From: an uncultured Limnobacter sp.
GTDB taxonomy: Bacteria > Pseudomonadota > Gammaproteobacteria > Burkholderiales > Burkholderiaceae_E
Direction of reading: 5' to 3'
Assembly (NCBI GenBank): GCA_964538505.1
Contig: CAZIDY010000010.1
Span: forward strand, 10,004 to 74,003
Length of the DNA: 64,000 nt
Shown here: positions 13,224 to 21,040 of the stretch, piece after piece
Numbering within the stretch: position 1 is the first letter of the stretch
How the letters are laid out: each line of letters begins with the position of its first letter
Made by a program: the position numbers and the translations under genes
The notes under the pieces: generated by a model
Seen by the model: only the letters and a program-made list of their open reading frames with translations
What the model was told of the DNA's origin: nothing
Databases searched by the model: none

Positions 13224-13477
13224 CGTGTAATCCTCCTGGCTTCCTCGGTGCGTCGTCTCTTGGGGCGACGCTCGTTCGTTGACTGCCGACGACGGGTCGA
13301 CGGGCAGCGAAACGATGGTAACCGTGGGGAAAACACGGGCCGGCGTGTGTGCCGACCAGTGGCAAAGAGATTGCGATGAGGGGTCAGGCGGGCACGCTTA
13401 TCGGGGTCAGACCACGGTTTACCCGGTTGCATCGTTCCCGGTTCGCATTACGATGAGCAGATATGTAAGGATCGAAG

Positions 13478-13699
13478 ATGAGCGAATCGACCATCACTGC
13501 GAAAGGCCAGACGACGGTTCCCGCGGCCGTTCGGGAAAGGATCGGCGCGGTGCCGGGAACCCGACTCGTATGGCACACGATGCCCGACGGAACCGTCCTC
13601 GTGCGCGCGAAGTCCGGCTCTGTCCTCGACCTGGCCGATTCGTTGAAGGCACCGGGCAGAAAGCGTGTACGCGTCGACGCAATGAACGCCTGGCGTTGA
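13478..13699 (+). CDS. AbrB/SpoVT-type antitoxin (VapB-like)
   Basis: 73 aa. STITAKGQTTVPAAVRERIG is a SpoVT/AbrB swapped-hairpin motif. Its stop overlaps the next ATG (TGATG). Confidence 0.75.
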   Translation: MSESTITAKGQTTVPAAVRERIGAVPGTRLVWHTMPDGTVLVRAKSGSVLDLADSLKAPGRKRVRVDAMNAWR

Positions 13700-14097
13700 T
13701 GGCGACGCTCGACACGAACGTGCTCGTTCGTTTTCTGGTGCGGGACGATCCTGCGCAGACTGCGGCCGCCACAGAGCTCATCCGGCGCAGCGTCGCAGCC
13801 GGCGAATCGCTCTTCCTGCCGATCACCGTCGTGCTGGAGCTCGAGTGGGTCCTGCGGTCGAACTACGGTTTCGCGAAAGTCGACATCGCACGAACGATCG
13901 CGTCTCTGCTCTCCACGGACGAGGTCTCGTTTCAGTCGGAAGCGGCGCTCGAGCTCGCGCTGCTGCTATGGCGAAGGGGGCGTGCCGACTTTTCCGATTG
14001 CGTGCATGTTGCACTTGCGACGGACGCGGGCGAGTCGCCACTGTGGACCTTCGACAAGGCGGCGTCGAGCGTTGCGGGGGCAGCGCTCGTGAAGTGA
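13699..14097 (+). CDS. vapC: PIN-domain toxin (VapC family)
   Basis: MATLDTNVLVRFL...ELEWVL...DFSDCVHVA carries the acidic PIN residues. Translationally coupled to the upstream antitoxin. Confidence 0.85.
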   Translation: MATLDTNVLVRFLVRDDPAQTAAATELIRRSVAAGESLFLPITVVLELEWVLRSNYGFAKVDIARTIASLLSTDEVSFQSEAALELALLLWRRGRADFSDCVHVALATDAGESPLWTFDKAASSVAGAALVK

Positions 14098-14127
14098 CTC
14101 GTGCAGGGCGCTCTGGCGTACGAGCTC

Positions 14128-14256
14128 TCAGCCGAGTGCGAGATGCCGATTGCCTGTGTCGTTGCTCACGACGACGACGGGACGACGTTTCCGGATCTCG
14201 CCGCCGATCGTCGGGTCGAGCGTAGCGAACCAGATGTCACCACGCCGGATCGTCTT
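14128..14256 (-). pseudogene. MazF/PemK-family toxin remnant (N-terminal ~40 residues only, no canonical start)
   Basis: RRGDIWFATLDPTIGGEIRKRRPVVVVSNDTGNRH matches the N-terminus of MazF/PemK. The frame then stops about 70 residues early, 30 nt from the convergent vapC stop. There is no ATG/GTG near the expected start. Confidence 0.5.
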
Positions 14257-14458
14257 CGATGCCGTCGGCGCTGGTCGATTCGAAGGCGCGGAACTGCTCT
14301 TCCTCCCGGGAGGCTTCTGCATAGGCGGACTCGAGTTCGCGCTCGAACAACGAGCGCACGGCGATGTCGATCACCTCGGAACGCGTGGCGATCGAGTAGG
14401 TCAGTAAGAGCGACGTGCCACCGGTTGTCCTACCCGTCACCCTACCACTGCGCGCCAC
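14237..14458 (-). CDS. possible ribbon-helix-helix antitoxin partner of the decayed MazF (may itself be degraded)
   Basis: The C-terminal half, TRSEVIDIAVRSLFERELE, resembles the second helix of RHH/ParD-type antitoxins. Its stop overlaps the MazF-like frame. The N-terminal part is unconvincing. Confidence 0.35.
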   Translation of the reverse strand: MARSGRVTGRTTGGTSLLLTYSIATRSEVIDIAVRSLFERELESAYAEASREEEQFRAFESTSADGIEDDPAW

Positions 14459-14539
14459 GATTGCGCCTCGGCGTCGGATGAACCCGGTACTACGCTCGCC
14501 CGGTGCAACGTCACGAGGTCAGCAGCTCGAGCGCTACGG

Positions 14540-15316
14540 TCACAGCCCTGACGCCTTCGAGCGACGTGGCACTGGCTTCCGCACGTTTTTCGCCGCGGCG
14601 CGCGCGGTGAGCATCGGTGCAGCTTCCAACTCCGGCCATCCCTCCAGCAGGGTCCGCACGCCGCGCCGAAATCGCGAGTGCCATCCCTGGCCACGCGACA
14701 GCAGATCATCCCTTGCTTCGACGAGCGACTCGCGCCGCCACTGCCACAACGCCGCGAGAAGATGAGCCGCCTGGGCCAGATCCTTGCGCGCCTTTACCCG
14801 GAAAGCGCCCTCGCGCTCACCGGCGATCAGCACCTTGTGCAATGCGTAGCGCGCCGGATCGGGCAGGTTGACAAGTACCGCCCCTTCAGCACTCGGCAGT
14901 ACCGCCTGCTCCACGCCCTGCAGCGAGTACTCCATGAACGGCAACGGCTGCAGCGTCACGCCCAACTGCGGGTGCACGAAGGGTTTGTCGGCGCCGCGGT
15001 GCCGCGGTGTGAGGAAATCGAGCCTGAACTCCGGCTCGTTCGGAATCAGCCATGCACCGCCGGTCCTGCCGCTCAGCCCCGATACCGGCAGGAAGCCCAT
15101 TCCGAGGGACGTAATCGCGTCGTCGGTTCTCGCCTCGACGGTGCCGGGCAGCAGCAGCGAGACCGCCTTTTCGGCATGAGCGAAATCGATGTCCTGCGTG
15201 CGATCGGAGCCGCCCCAGCGCACCCCGAGCATGTTGCCGTAGGCGAGAAACGCGTGAGTGCCGATCAGCACCCCGCCCGCCTGGAAGAAGCCGAAATCGG
15301 CAAGCCGGCGCAACAC
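14540..15316 (-). CDS. nucleotidyltransferase-fold protein (AbiEii / GSU2403-like), probably 5'-truncated
   Basis: GGVLIGTHAFLAYGNMLGVRWGGSDRTQDIDFA resembles the G-T-x-A...DIDF NTase core of AbiEii-like toxins. The frame stays open upstream to 15430, directly against the rpn stop codon. Confidence 0.55.
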   Translation of the reverse strand: MLRRLADFGFFQAGGVLIGTHAFLAYGNMLGVRWGGSDRTQDIDFAHAEKAVSLLLPGTVEARTDDAITSLGMGFLPVSGLSGRTGGAWLIPNEPEFRLDFLTPRHRGADKPFVHPQLGVTLQPLPFMEYSLQGVEQAVLPSAEGAVLVNLPDPARYALHKVLIAGEREGAFRVKARKDLAQAAHLLAALWQWRRESLVEARDDLLSRGQGWHSRFRRGVRTLLEGWPELEAAPMLTARAAAKNVRKPVPRRSKASGL

Positions 15317-15433
15317 GCGGAAGTGGCGCGGCAGTACGCCAGCGCACCCGAGCGCCAGCGCCGCACGCGCGAGCGGGGCCAGCGCAATTGCAGCGCCGGG
15401 ATCGGTCTTGCGCTCGTCCGCGATTCGCGATGG

Positions 15434-16492
15434 CTACTGCACCCGGAAGACGACCTCGAGGTCGGGGGCATCAATTGCCTGATCGAACCACTGGCCTATC
15501 CGCACCGAATCGGCCAACGCGATACGTTGCCGGATCTCGGGTGAGACATCGCCGAAGCGCCGCGCGAGCAATCGCAGCAAGGCCGCCACCTCGGCGTCGT
15601 GCCGTCCTTCCTCGCGTCCTTCCTCGCGTCCTTCCTGGCGTCCTTCCTGGCGTCCTTCCTGGCGTCCTTCCTGGCGCCCTTCCTGGCGTCCTTCCTGCAG
15701 CCCTTTCCTGTGCGCCTTCCGCTCGGCAACTCTCGCCTTGCGTTCGATCTCGGCCAGGAGATTGTCGGGGAACATGCTGTGAACCTCTGCAAGATCGTCC
15801 GTCTCGGGGATGTTAGCTTCGGGCATCCGGTATCGCAATCGGCGATTCAGCCAGATGGCGAAGGCACGCCGCATCCGTCGGTGCTCGTCGCCCGAGAGCC
15901 ACTCCAGGAGGTGTGCGGTCACCGACCGGAAGTCCGCGGAAGTACGGGCGACCTCGAGCCGGAACAAAGCAGCGGCCAGATTGCGCAACGGCAGATCAGA
16001 AACGGCGAGGCGCTGTTCGTCGATCAGCAGATAGCGGGCCTCTACCCGATATGGCGCAAGCCCGGGGGGCGACGTCATCAGAAGCGCATCAAGCGAATGC
16101 GCCGAACGCCACGGCGCTTGCCCGTTGTACAGCACGATCGGGAGCACCGGAGGCAGCCGCCCGCCGGAGCCGATCTCCTGGCGAACGACGAGGTCCTGGT
16201 ACAGCAACCCGACGTAGACATGGATGCGCAGCGCCATCCACGGATCGGAGGCGGACTGGAACTCGAGCAGGAGGTAGACATAGAACCATTCGTCGCGCAG
16301 GCGGATCTTCCACACCATGTCGTCGTGGCGCGTGCGCAGATCGTCGCTGACGTAGCTGCCGTTGACCCGGTGCAGTGTCTCGAGGTCAGCCGAATTCACC
16401 CACTCGTGCGGCACAAAGCCGAGCAGCAGGTCGCGTACCATCTCCGGAGTGGCGAACAACCGTTTGTAGCCGGCGTCGTGATCGTGAGGCAT
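15434..16492 (-). CDS. Rpn-family recombination-promoting nuclease / putative transposase (PD-(D/E)XK, YhgA-like) with a DUF4351-like tail
   Basis: MPHDHDAGYKRLF...DMVWKIRL...EWFYVYLLLEFQS is the YhgA/Transposase_31 pattern. The C-terminal LLRLLARRFGDVSPEIRQRIA resembles DUF4351. Confidence 0.8.
   Translation of the reverse strand: MPHDHDAGYKRLFATPEMVRDLLLGFVPHEWVNSADLETLHRVNGSYVSDDLRTRHDDMVWKIRLRDEWFYVYLLLEFQSASDPWMALRIHVYVGLLYQDLVVRQEIGSGGRLPPVLPIVLYNGQAPWRSAHSLDALLMTSPPGLAPYRVEARYLLIDEQRLAVSDLPLRNLAAALFRLEVARTSADFRSVTAHLLEWLSGDEHRRMRRAFAIWLNRRLRYRMPEANIPETDDLAEVHSMFPDNLLAEIERKARVAERKAHRKGLQEGRQEGRQEGRQEGRQEGRQEGREEGREEGRHDAEVAALLRLLARRFGDVSPEIRQRIALADSVRIGQWFDQAIDAPDLEVVFRVQ
15602..15700. 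repeat. in-frame 12-nt tandem repeat (about 8 units, cgtccttcctSg) encoding (QEGR)n/(EEGR)n inside rpn copy 1
   Basis: Read directly: KGLQEGRQEGRQEGRQEGRQEGRQEGREEGREEGRH. The two paralogs carry shorter and diverged versions. Confidence 0.9.
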
Positions 16493-16636
16493 TGCAACAC
16501 CGTAGCGCGCAAGTGTGCGACGCGAAATCGGCCACGCGCATCAGCCCTTCGCATGAGCATCGCCTTCGACACGACGAAGCCAGAATCCGCGGGACATCGT
16601 ATGAGGCGATCTCTCCGTGCATCGAAAAGCACCGAA

Positions 16637-17320
16637 ATGATCGAAGACGTGCGGAAACGATTGCCAGGAAGCTTGTACGTTCTGACGCCCGAAGCGGACG
16701 ACGACGAGTGGCTCGTCGCCGCGGTGACGGCCGCGATTCGCGGTGGCGCTTCCGCCGTTCAGTATCGGAACAAGAAGCTCGGAGCGGCAGAGCGACTACG
16801 ACAGACGCGAACCCTGCGCGACGCGTGCCGGCGCCTGAATGTCATGTTCATCGTGAACGATTCGCCCGAGCTCGCCCGCGACCTGGAAGCCGACGGCATT
16901 CATCTGGGCCGCGACGATGCCGATCCCGCAGCGGTTCGCGCCTTCCTCGGTGCGAAAGCGATCATCGGCGTGTCGTGTTACGACTCGCTCGAACGCGCAT
17001 TCGCGACGCGCGACACCGCCGACTACTGCGCCTTCGGCAGCGTGTTCCCGTCCACGGTGAAACCGGAAGCAGTCCGCGCGCCGCTCGCGCTGTTCAGCCG
17101 GGCTCGAGAAGCAGGGCTGCATGCGGTAGCGATCGGGGGCATCGATGCCGGGAATGTCGGACGCGTCGCTGCCGCAGGCGCTGATGCGGTGGCGGTGATT
17201 ACTTCGGTATTCGGCGAACCCGGATCGCCGTGCGACGCAATTACGATCGAAGCGAACGCGAGACGTATCTCGGAAGCGTTCGAAGCAGGCGTCCGTTCAC
17301 CCGCTTCGAGCAAGTCGTAG
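16637..17320 (+). CDS. thiE: thiamine-phosphate synthase
   Basis: Tail of ORF 15599..17320: LYVLTPE...AIRGGASAVQYRNK...IVNDSPELA...GIHLGRDD...GVSCY...FPSTVKP...AIGGI. Start at ATG 16637; an alternative ATG is at 16601. Confidence 0.85.
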   Translation: MIEDVRKRLPGSLYVLTPEADDDEWLVAAVTAAIRGGASAVQYRNKKLGAAERLRQTRTLRDACRRLNVMFIVNDSPELARDLEADGIHLGRDDADPAAVRAFLGAKAIIGVSCYDSLERAFATRDTADYCAFGSVFPSTVKPEAVRAPLALFSRAREAGLHAVAIGGIDAGNVGRVAAAGADAVAVITSVFGEPGSPCDAITIEANARRISEAFEAGVRSPASSKS

Positions 17321-17369
17321 TACTGCTGGCAAGCACTCTGGCCAAGACGGTGCGTGCGCAAGGCGAGCG

Positions 17370-18246
17370 TTACTGCACGCGGAAAACCGTCGCGAGGTCG
17401 GGTGCATCGATCACCTGATCGAGCCACTGGCCGATCCGCACGGGGTCGGCCGAAGCGATGCGCTGCCGGATCTCCGGCGAGACATCGCCGAAGCGCCGCT
17501 CGAGCAAACGAAGCAAGACCGCCACCTCGGCTTCGTGGCGTCCTTCCTCGCGTCCTTCCTCGAGTCCGATCTCGCGTCCGGCCTCGCGGCCTTCCTGCAG
17601 CCCTTTCCGGTGCGCCTTGCGCTCGGCCACTTTCGCCTTGCGTTCGAGCTCGGCCAGGATATCGTCGGGGAACATGCTCTGGACCTCCGCCAGGTCGTCC
17701 ATCTCGGGAATGTTAGCTTCGGGCATTCGGTGCCGCAATCGACGGTTCAGCCAGATCGCGAAGCCTCGCCGCAGGCGCCGATGTTCCTCGCCCGAGAGCC
17801 AATCCAGCAGGTGCGCGATCACCGTGCGCCAGCAGAAGCGCATCGAGCGCCAGCGGCGCACGCCACGGCGCCTGCCCGTTGTAGAGCACGATCGGCAACA
17901 CCGCGGGCAGCCGGTCCCCGGGCCCGATCTCTCTGCGCGCGACCAGATCCTGGTACAGCAGCCCGACGTAGACGTGCATGCGCAGCGCCATCCACGGATC
18001 GGAGGCCGACTGAAACTCGAGCAGCAGATAAACGTAGAACCATTCGTCGCGCAGGCGAATCTTCCAGACCATGTCGTCGTGGCGGGAGCGCAAGTCATCG
18101 CCGACGTAGCTGGCGTTGACCCGTTGCAGGCTCGCGAAGTCAGCCGACTTCACCCAGTCGTGCCCGACGAAACCGAGCAGCAGGTCGCGCATCATCTCCG
18201 GAGCGGCGAACAACCATTTGTAGCCGGCGTCGTGATCGTGAGGCAT
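17370..18246 (-). pseudogene. Rpn-family nuclease paralog disrupted by an internal frame-shifting deletion
   Basis: The N-terminal part (MPHDHDAGYKWLF...LDALLLA) is in the frame of ORF 17713..18510. The C-terminal part (TVIAHLLDWLSGEEHRR...FRVQ) is in the frame of ORF 17370..18098. About 50 codons (SPPGLAPYR...TSADF in the paralogs) are missing. Confidence 0.75.
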
Positions 18247-18374
18247 CCCACACGGTAGCGCGCGAGTGGACTGCGCGAAATCGGCCATGCGCATCGGCCC
18301 TTCGCACGAGCATCGCCTTCGACGCGACGAAGCCGAAGCCGAATCCGCGGGACGTCGTATGAGGCGATCTCTCC

Positions 18375-19045
18375 ATGCAACGAAAAGCGCCGAAACTGTT
18401 TGAAAACCCACGAGAACGATTGCCAAGGGGCTTGTACGTTCTGACGCCCGAAACGGACGACGACGACTGGCTCGTCGCGGCGGTGACCGCTGCGATCCGC
18501 GGTGGTGCATCCGCCGTGCAGTACCGGAGCAAGCAGCTCGGAGCAGCAGAGCGACTTCGACAGGCGCGAACCCTGCGCGGCGCTTGTCGGCGTCTGAAGG
18601 CCACGTTCATCGTGAACGATTCGCCCGAGCTCGCTCGTGACCTGGAAGCGGACGGGGTTCATCTCGGTCGTGACGACGCCGATCCTGCCGCGGTTCGCGC
18701 CTCGAACGCGCACTCGAGACGCGCGACACGGCCAACTACTACGCGTTCGGCAGCGTGTTCCCCTCCACCGTGAAACCGCAGGCGCTACGCGCGCCGCTCG
18801 CCCTTTTCGGGCGCGCGCACGAAGCAGGGCTGCACGCGATAGCGATCGGCGGCATCGATGCCGGTAATGCCGGACGCGTCGCTGCTGTGGGCGCAGAGGC
18901 GGTGGCAGTGATCTCTTCGGTATTCGGCGAACCTGGGTCGCCACCAGACGAAACGACGATCGAAACAAACGCGCGGCGTATCTCGGAAGCGTTCGAGGCA
19001 GGCGTCAAACAACCCGCTTCGAGAGATTTGAAGTACTGCCATTGA
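18375..19045 (+). pseudogene. second thiE copy inactivated by an internal deletion and frameshift
   Basis: 18375..18773 encodes LYVLTPETDDDDWLVAAVTAAIRGGASAVQYRSK...DDADPAAVRA and then goes out of frame. The rest (FPSTVKPQALRAPL...AIGGIDAGN...) continues in ORF 18755..19045. Roughly 40 nt present in copy 1 (ttcctcggtgcgaaagcgatcatcggcgtgtcgtgttacgac) are absent. Confidence 0.75.
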
Positions 19046-19106
19046 CGCCGAGCCACATGGCGTAGGCGAGCTGCATGCGCGGGCCGAGGCACTTTGCGGG
19101 GAACAG

Positions 19107-19182
19107 TTCGGACTGCAAAAACGTGCGTTCTCTTTCGTGGAATCGATTCCACGAAAGAGAACGCTACATTTTGAAGTCCGAA
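19107..19182. repeat. 75-bp palindromic REP-like element, copy A
   Basis: ttcggactgcaaaaacgt-gcgttctctttcgtggaatc|gattccacgaaagagaacgc-tacattttgaagtccgaa. Perfect 20+20 bp core at 19125..19164. Intergenic. Confidence 0.75.
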
Positions 19183-19421
19183 TCGTGCTCGGCGCTCGGT
19201 GCTCGGGCGCTCGGGCGCTGGGGTCCATGGTCCGTGCGCAAGCTGCGCACGCACACGACGGTGCCGGGGCGGCTCGGCCGGTTCGTGTGACGAGGGCGAA
19301 GAATGCTGCGCTCGCGCCCGCGAACTCGGGCTGTGGTGTGGTAGACGGAACGGGCCCTGACGCCTGGGGCGCGTGTGCCTTGCCCTGATGCAGGCTCGCT
19401 TGCTCGCCAGCTGCCACCGTC

Positions 19422-20054
19422 TCACAGAGCCATCGAAGGTCGCTGCGCGATCGCAGCACGCCAGCGTTGCAGGTGAGGATGCGAGTCGTCGGGACGGATC
19501 CGCACGATGCGCGCAAAATCCACCGCCACCACCGCCGTGATGTCGGCGATGCTGAATCGGTCGCCCGCGACAAACGGCCGGTCGGCAAGCCGCGTGTCGA
19601 GCGTGACGAAGAACTGTCGAACCCGCTTCGCACCACGCTCGGCCAGTTCCGGAATCTGCGGATAGTCGACGGGACCGGGCAGCGCGCGGTTGACCATTGC
19701 GGGAGAGCTGTTGCGCAAGGCCTCGGCCACCGCGATCAGCCCTTCGAATTCGCAGCGCCAGTTCCAGCTGGCGATCTCGGCCTTTTCCTCGGGCGTGACG
19801 CCGCCGAGTGCCGGCTCCGGATAGCGCGCCTCGAGCCAGGCGGCAATCGCCGCGTTGTCGATCAGCACCGCGCCTTCTTCCGTGCGCAGTGCCGGAACGG
19901 TGCACTGCGGATTGATCGCCCGGTAAGCGTCGCCGAGCTGCTCGCCGGCGCGCAGGTCGATCTGCACAGTTTCGTGCGGCACGCCTTTCTCGGCGAGCAG
20001 GATCCGTGCGCGACGCGGGCTGGGGGCGGTGCTGCAGTCGTAGAACGTGATCAT
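19422..20054 (-). CDS. glutathione S-transferase
   Basis: MITFYDCSTAPSPRRARILLAEKGVPHETVQIDL...VPAL is a GST N-terminal thioredoxin-like motif. The start overlaps the stop of the upstream gene (ATGA). Confidence 0.85.
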   Translation of the reverse strand: MITFYDCSTAPSPRRARILLAEKGVPHETVQIDLRAGEQLGDAYRAINPQCTVPALRTEEGAVLIDNAAIAAWLEARYPEPALGGVTPEEKAEIASWNWRCEFEGLIAVAEALRNSSPAMVNRALPGPVDYPQIPELAERGAKRVRQFFVTLDTRLADRPFVAGDRFSIADITAVVAVDFARIVRIRPDDSHPHLQRWRAAIAQRPSMAL

Positions 20055-20905
20055 CGATTGTCGAAGTCGCTCGCGTCGTGACGTTCGCGCAGCACGCGCT
20101 CGCCCGCGGTCCGGTTGACGATACGTCCGCGCTGCACCGCGGGTCGCTGGGCAATCTCGTCGGCCCAGCGCATCACGTTCGTGTACTCGTGCACCTGCAG
20201 GAATTCGCCGGCGTCGTAGAGCTTGCCTTTCGCCAGCGCTCCATACCAGGGCCAGACGGCGATGTCGGCGACGCTGTAGTCCGGGCCGGCGAGGTAGCGG
20301 CTCTCGGCGAGCCGGCGGTCGAGCACGTCCATCTGGCGCTTCGTTTCCATTGCGTAGCGGTCGATGGCGTATTCGATCTTGAAAGGCGCGTAGGCGTAGA
20401 AGTGGCCGAACCCGCCGCCGAGAAAGGGGGCACTGCCCATCTGCCAGAACAGCCACGAGAGCGTCTCGGCGCGCGCCGCGCGCGTCTCGGGCAGGAAGGC
20501 ACCGAACTTCTCGGCGAGATAGACAAGGATCGCGCCGGATTCGAAGACGCGAACGGGTTCGGGTTCGCTGCGATCGACCAGCGCCGGGATCTTGGAATTC
20601 GGATTGATCGCGACGAAACCGCTGCCGAACTGATCGCCTTCGCTGATCTGGATGAGCCAGGCGTCGTACTCGGCGCCACGATGGCCGGCCTCGAGGAGTT
20701 CCTCGAGCATCACCGTGACCTTGATGCCGTTGGGCGTGCCCTGTGAGTAGAGCTGCAGCGGATGTCGGCCGACGGGAAGTTCGCGTTCGTGCGTGGCGCC
20801 GGCGGCCGGGCGGTTGATGTTGGCGAAGCGGCCTCCGCTTTGCTTGTCGGGGGACCAGATCTTTGGAGGGATGTAGTTCGGCGGTTCGTTCATGAAGCCG
20901 ATCAT
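20051..20905 (-). CDS. yghU: YghU-type (Nu-class) glutathione S-transferase / disulfide-bond oxidoreductase
   Basis: Near-colinear with my recollection of E. coli YghU: ANINRP..G.THE..LPVG.HPLQLYS.GTPNG.KVT.MLEELL...GAEYDAWLI.I..GDQF.SGFV..NPNSKIPAL...GGGFGHFY.YAP.KIEYAI.R...ERHDASDF. Confidence 0.9.
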   Translation of the reverse strand: MIGFMNEPPNYIPPKIWSPDKQSGGRFANINRPAAGATHERELPVGRHPLQLYSQGTPNGIKVTVMLEELLEAGHRGAEYDAWLIQISEGDQFGSGFVAINPNSKIPALVDRSEPEPVRVFESGAILVYLAEKFGAFLPETRAARAETLSWLFWQMGSAPFLGGGFGHFYAYAPFKIEYAIDRYAMETKRQMDVLDRRLAESRYLAGPDYSVADIAVWPWYGALAKGKLYDAGEFLQVHEYTNVMRWADEIAQRPAVQRGRIVNRTAGERVLRERHDASDFDNR

Positions 20906-21040
20906 ACGTGCGCGGGCATTGGCACTTCATCAGACCGGGCTGTCACTTCCTTTGACGATCGCCGACGCGACACCTTGGGGCAGAATCTGGAATCGCTGGC
21001 AAACGTCCCGCCACCAGCGGCAGAATCAGCGCACGGGAGA

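Noticed and set aside
13224-13477. tRNA gene or integrase attachment site at the left edge of the accessory region
   Set aside because: I see no cloverleaf-compatible sequence and no integrase gene. Only the 20-mer repeat copy is notable here.
15599-16600. First ~330 residues of the 573-aa plus-strand ORF ending in thiE
   Set aside because: Antisense to rpn copy 1. The ThiE homology begins only near 16637.
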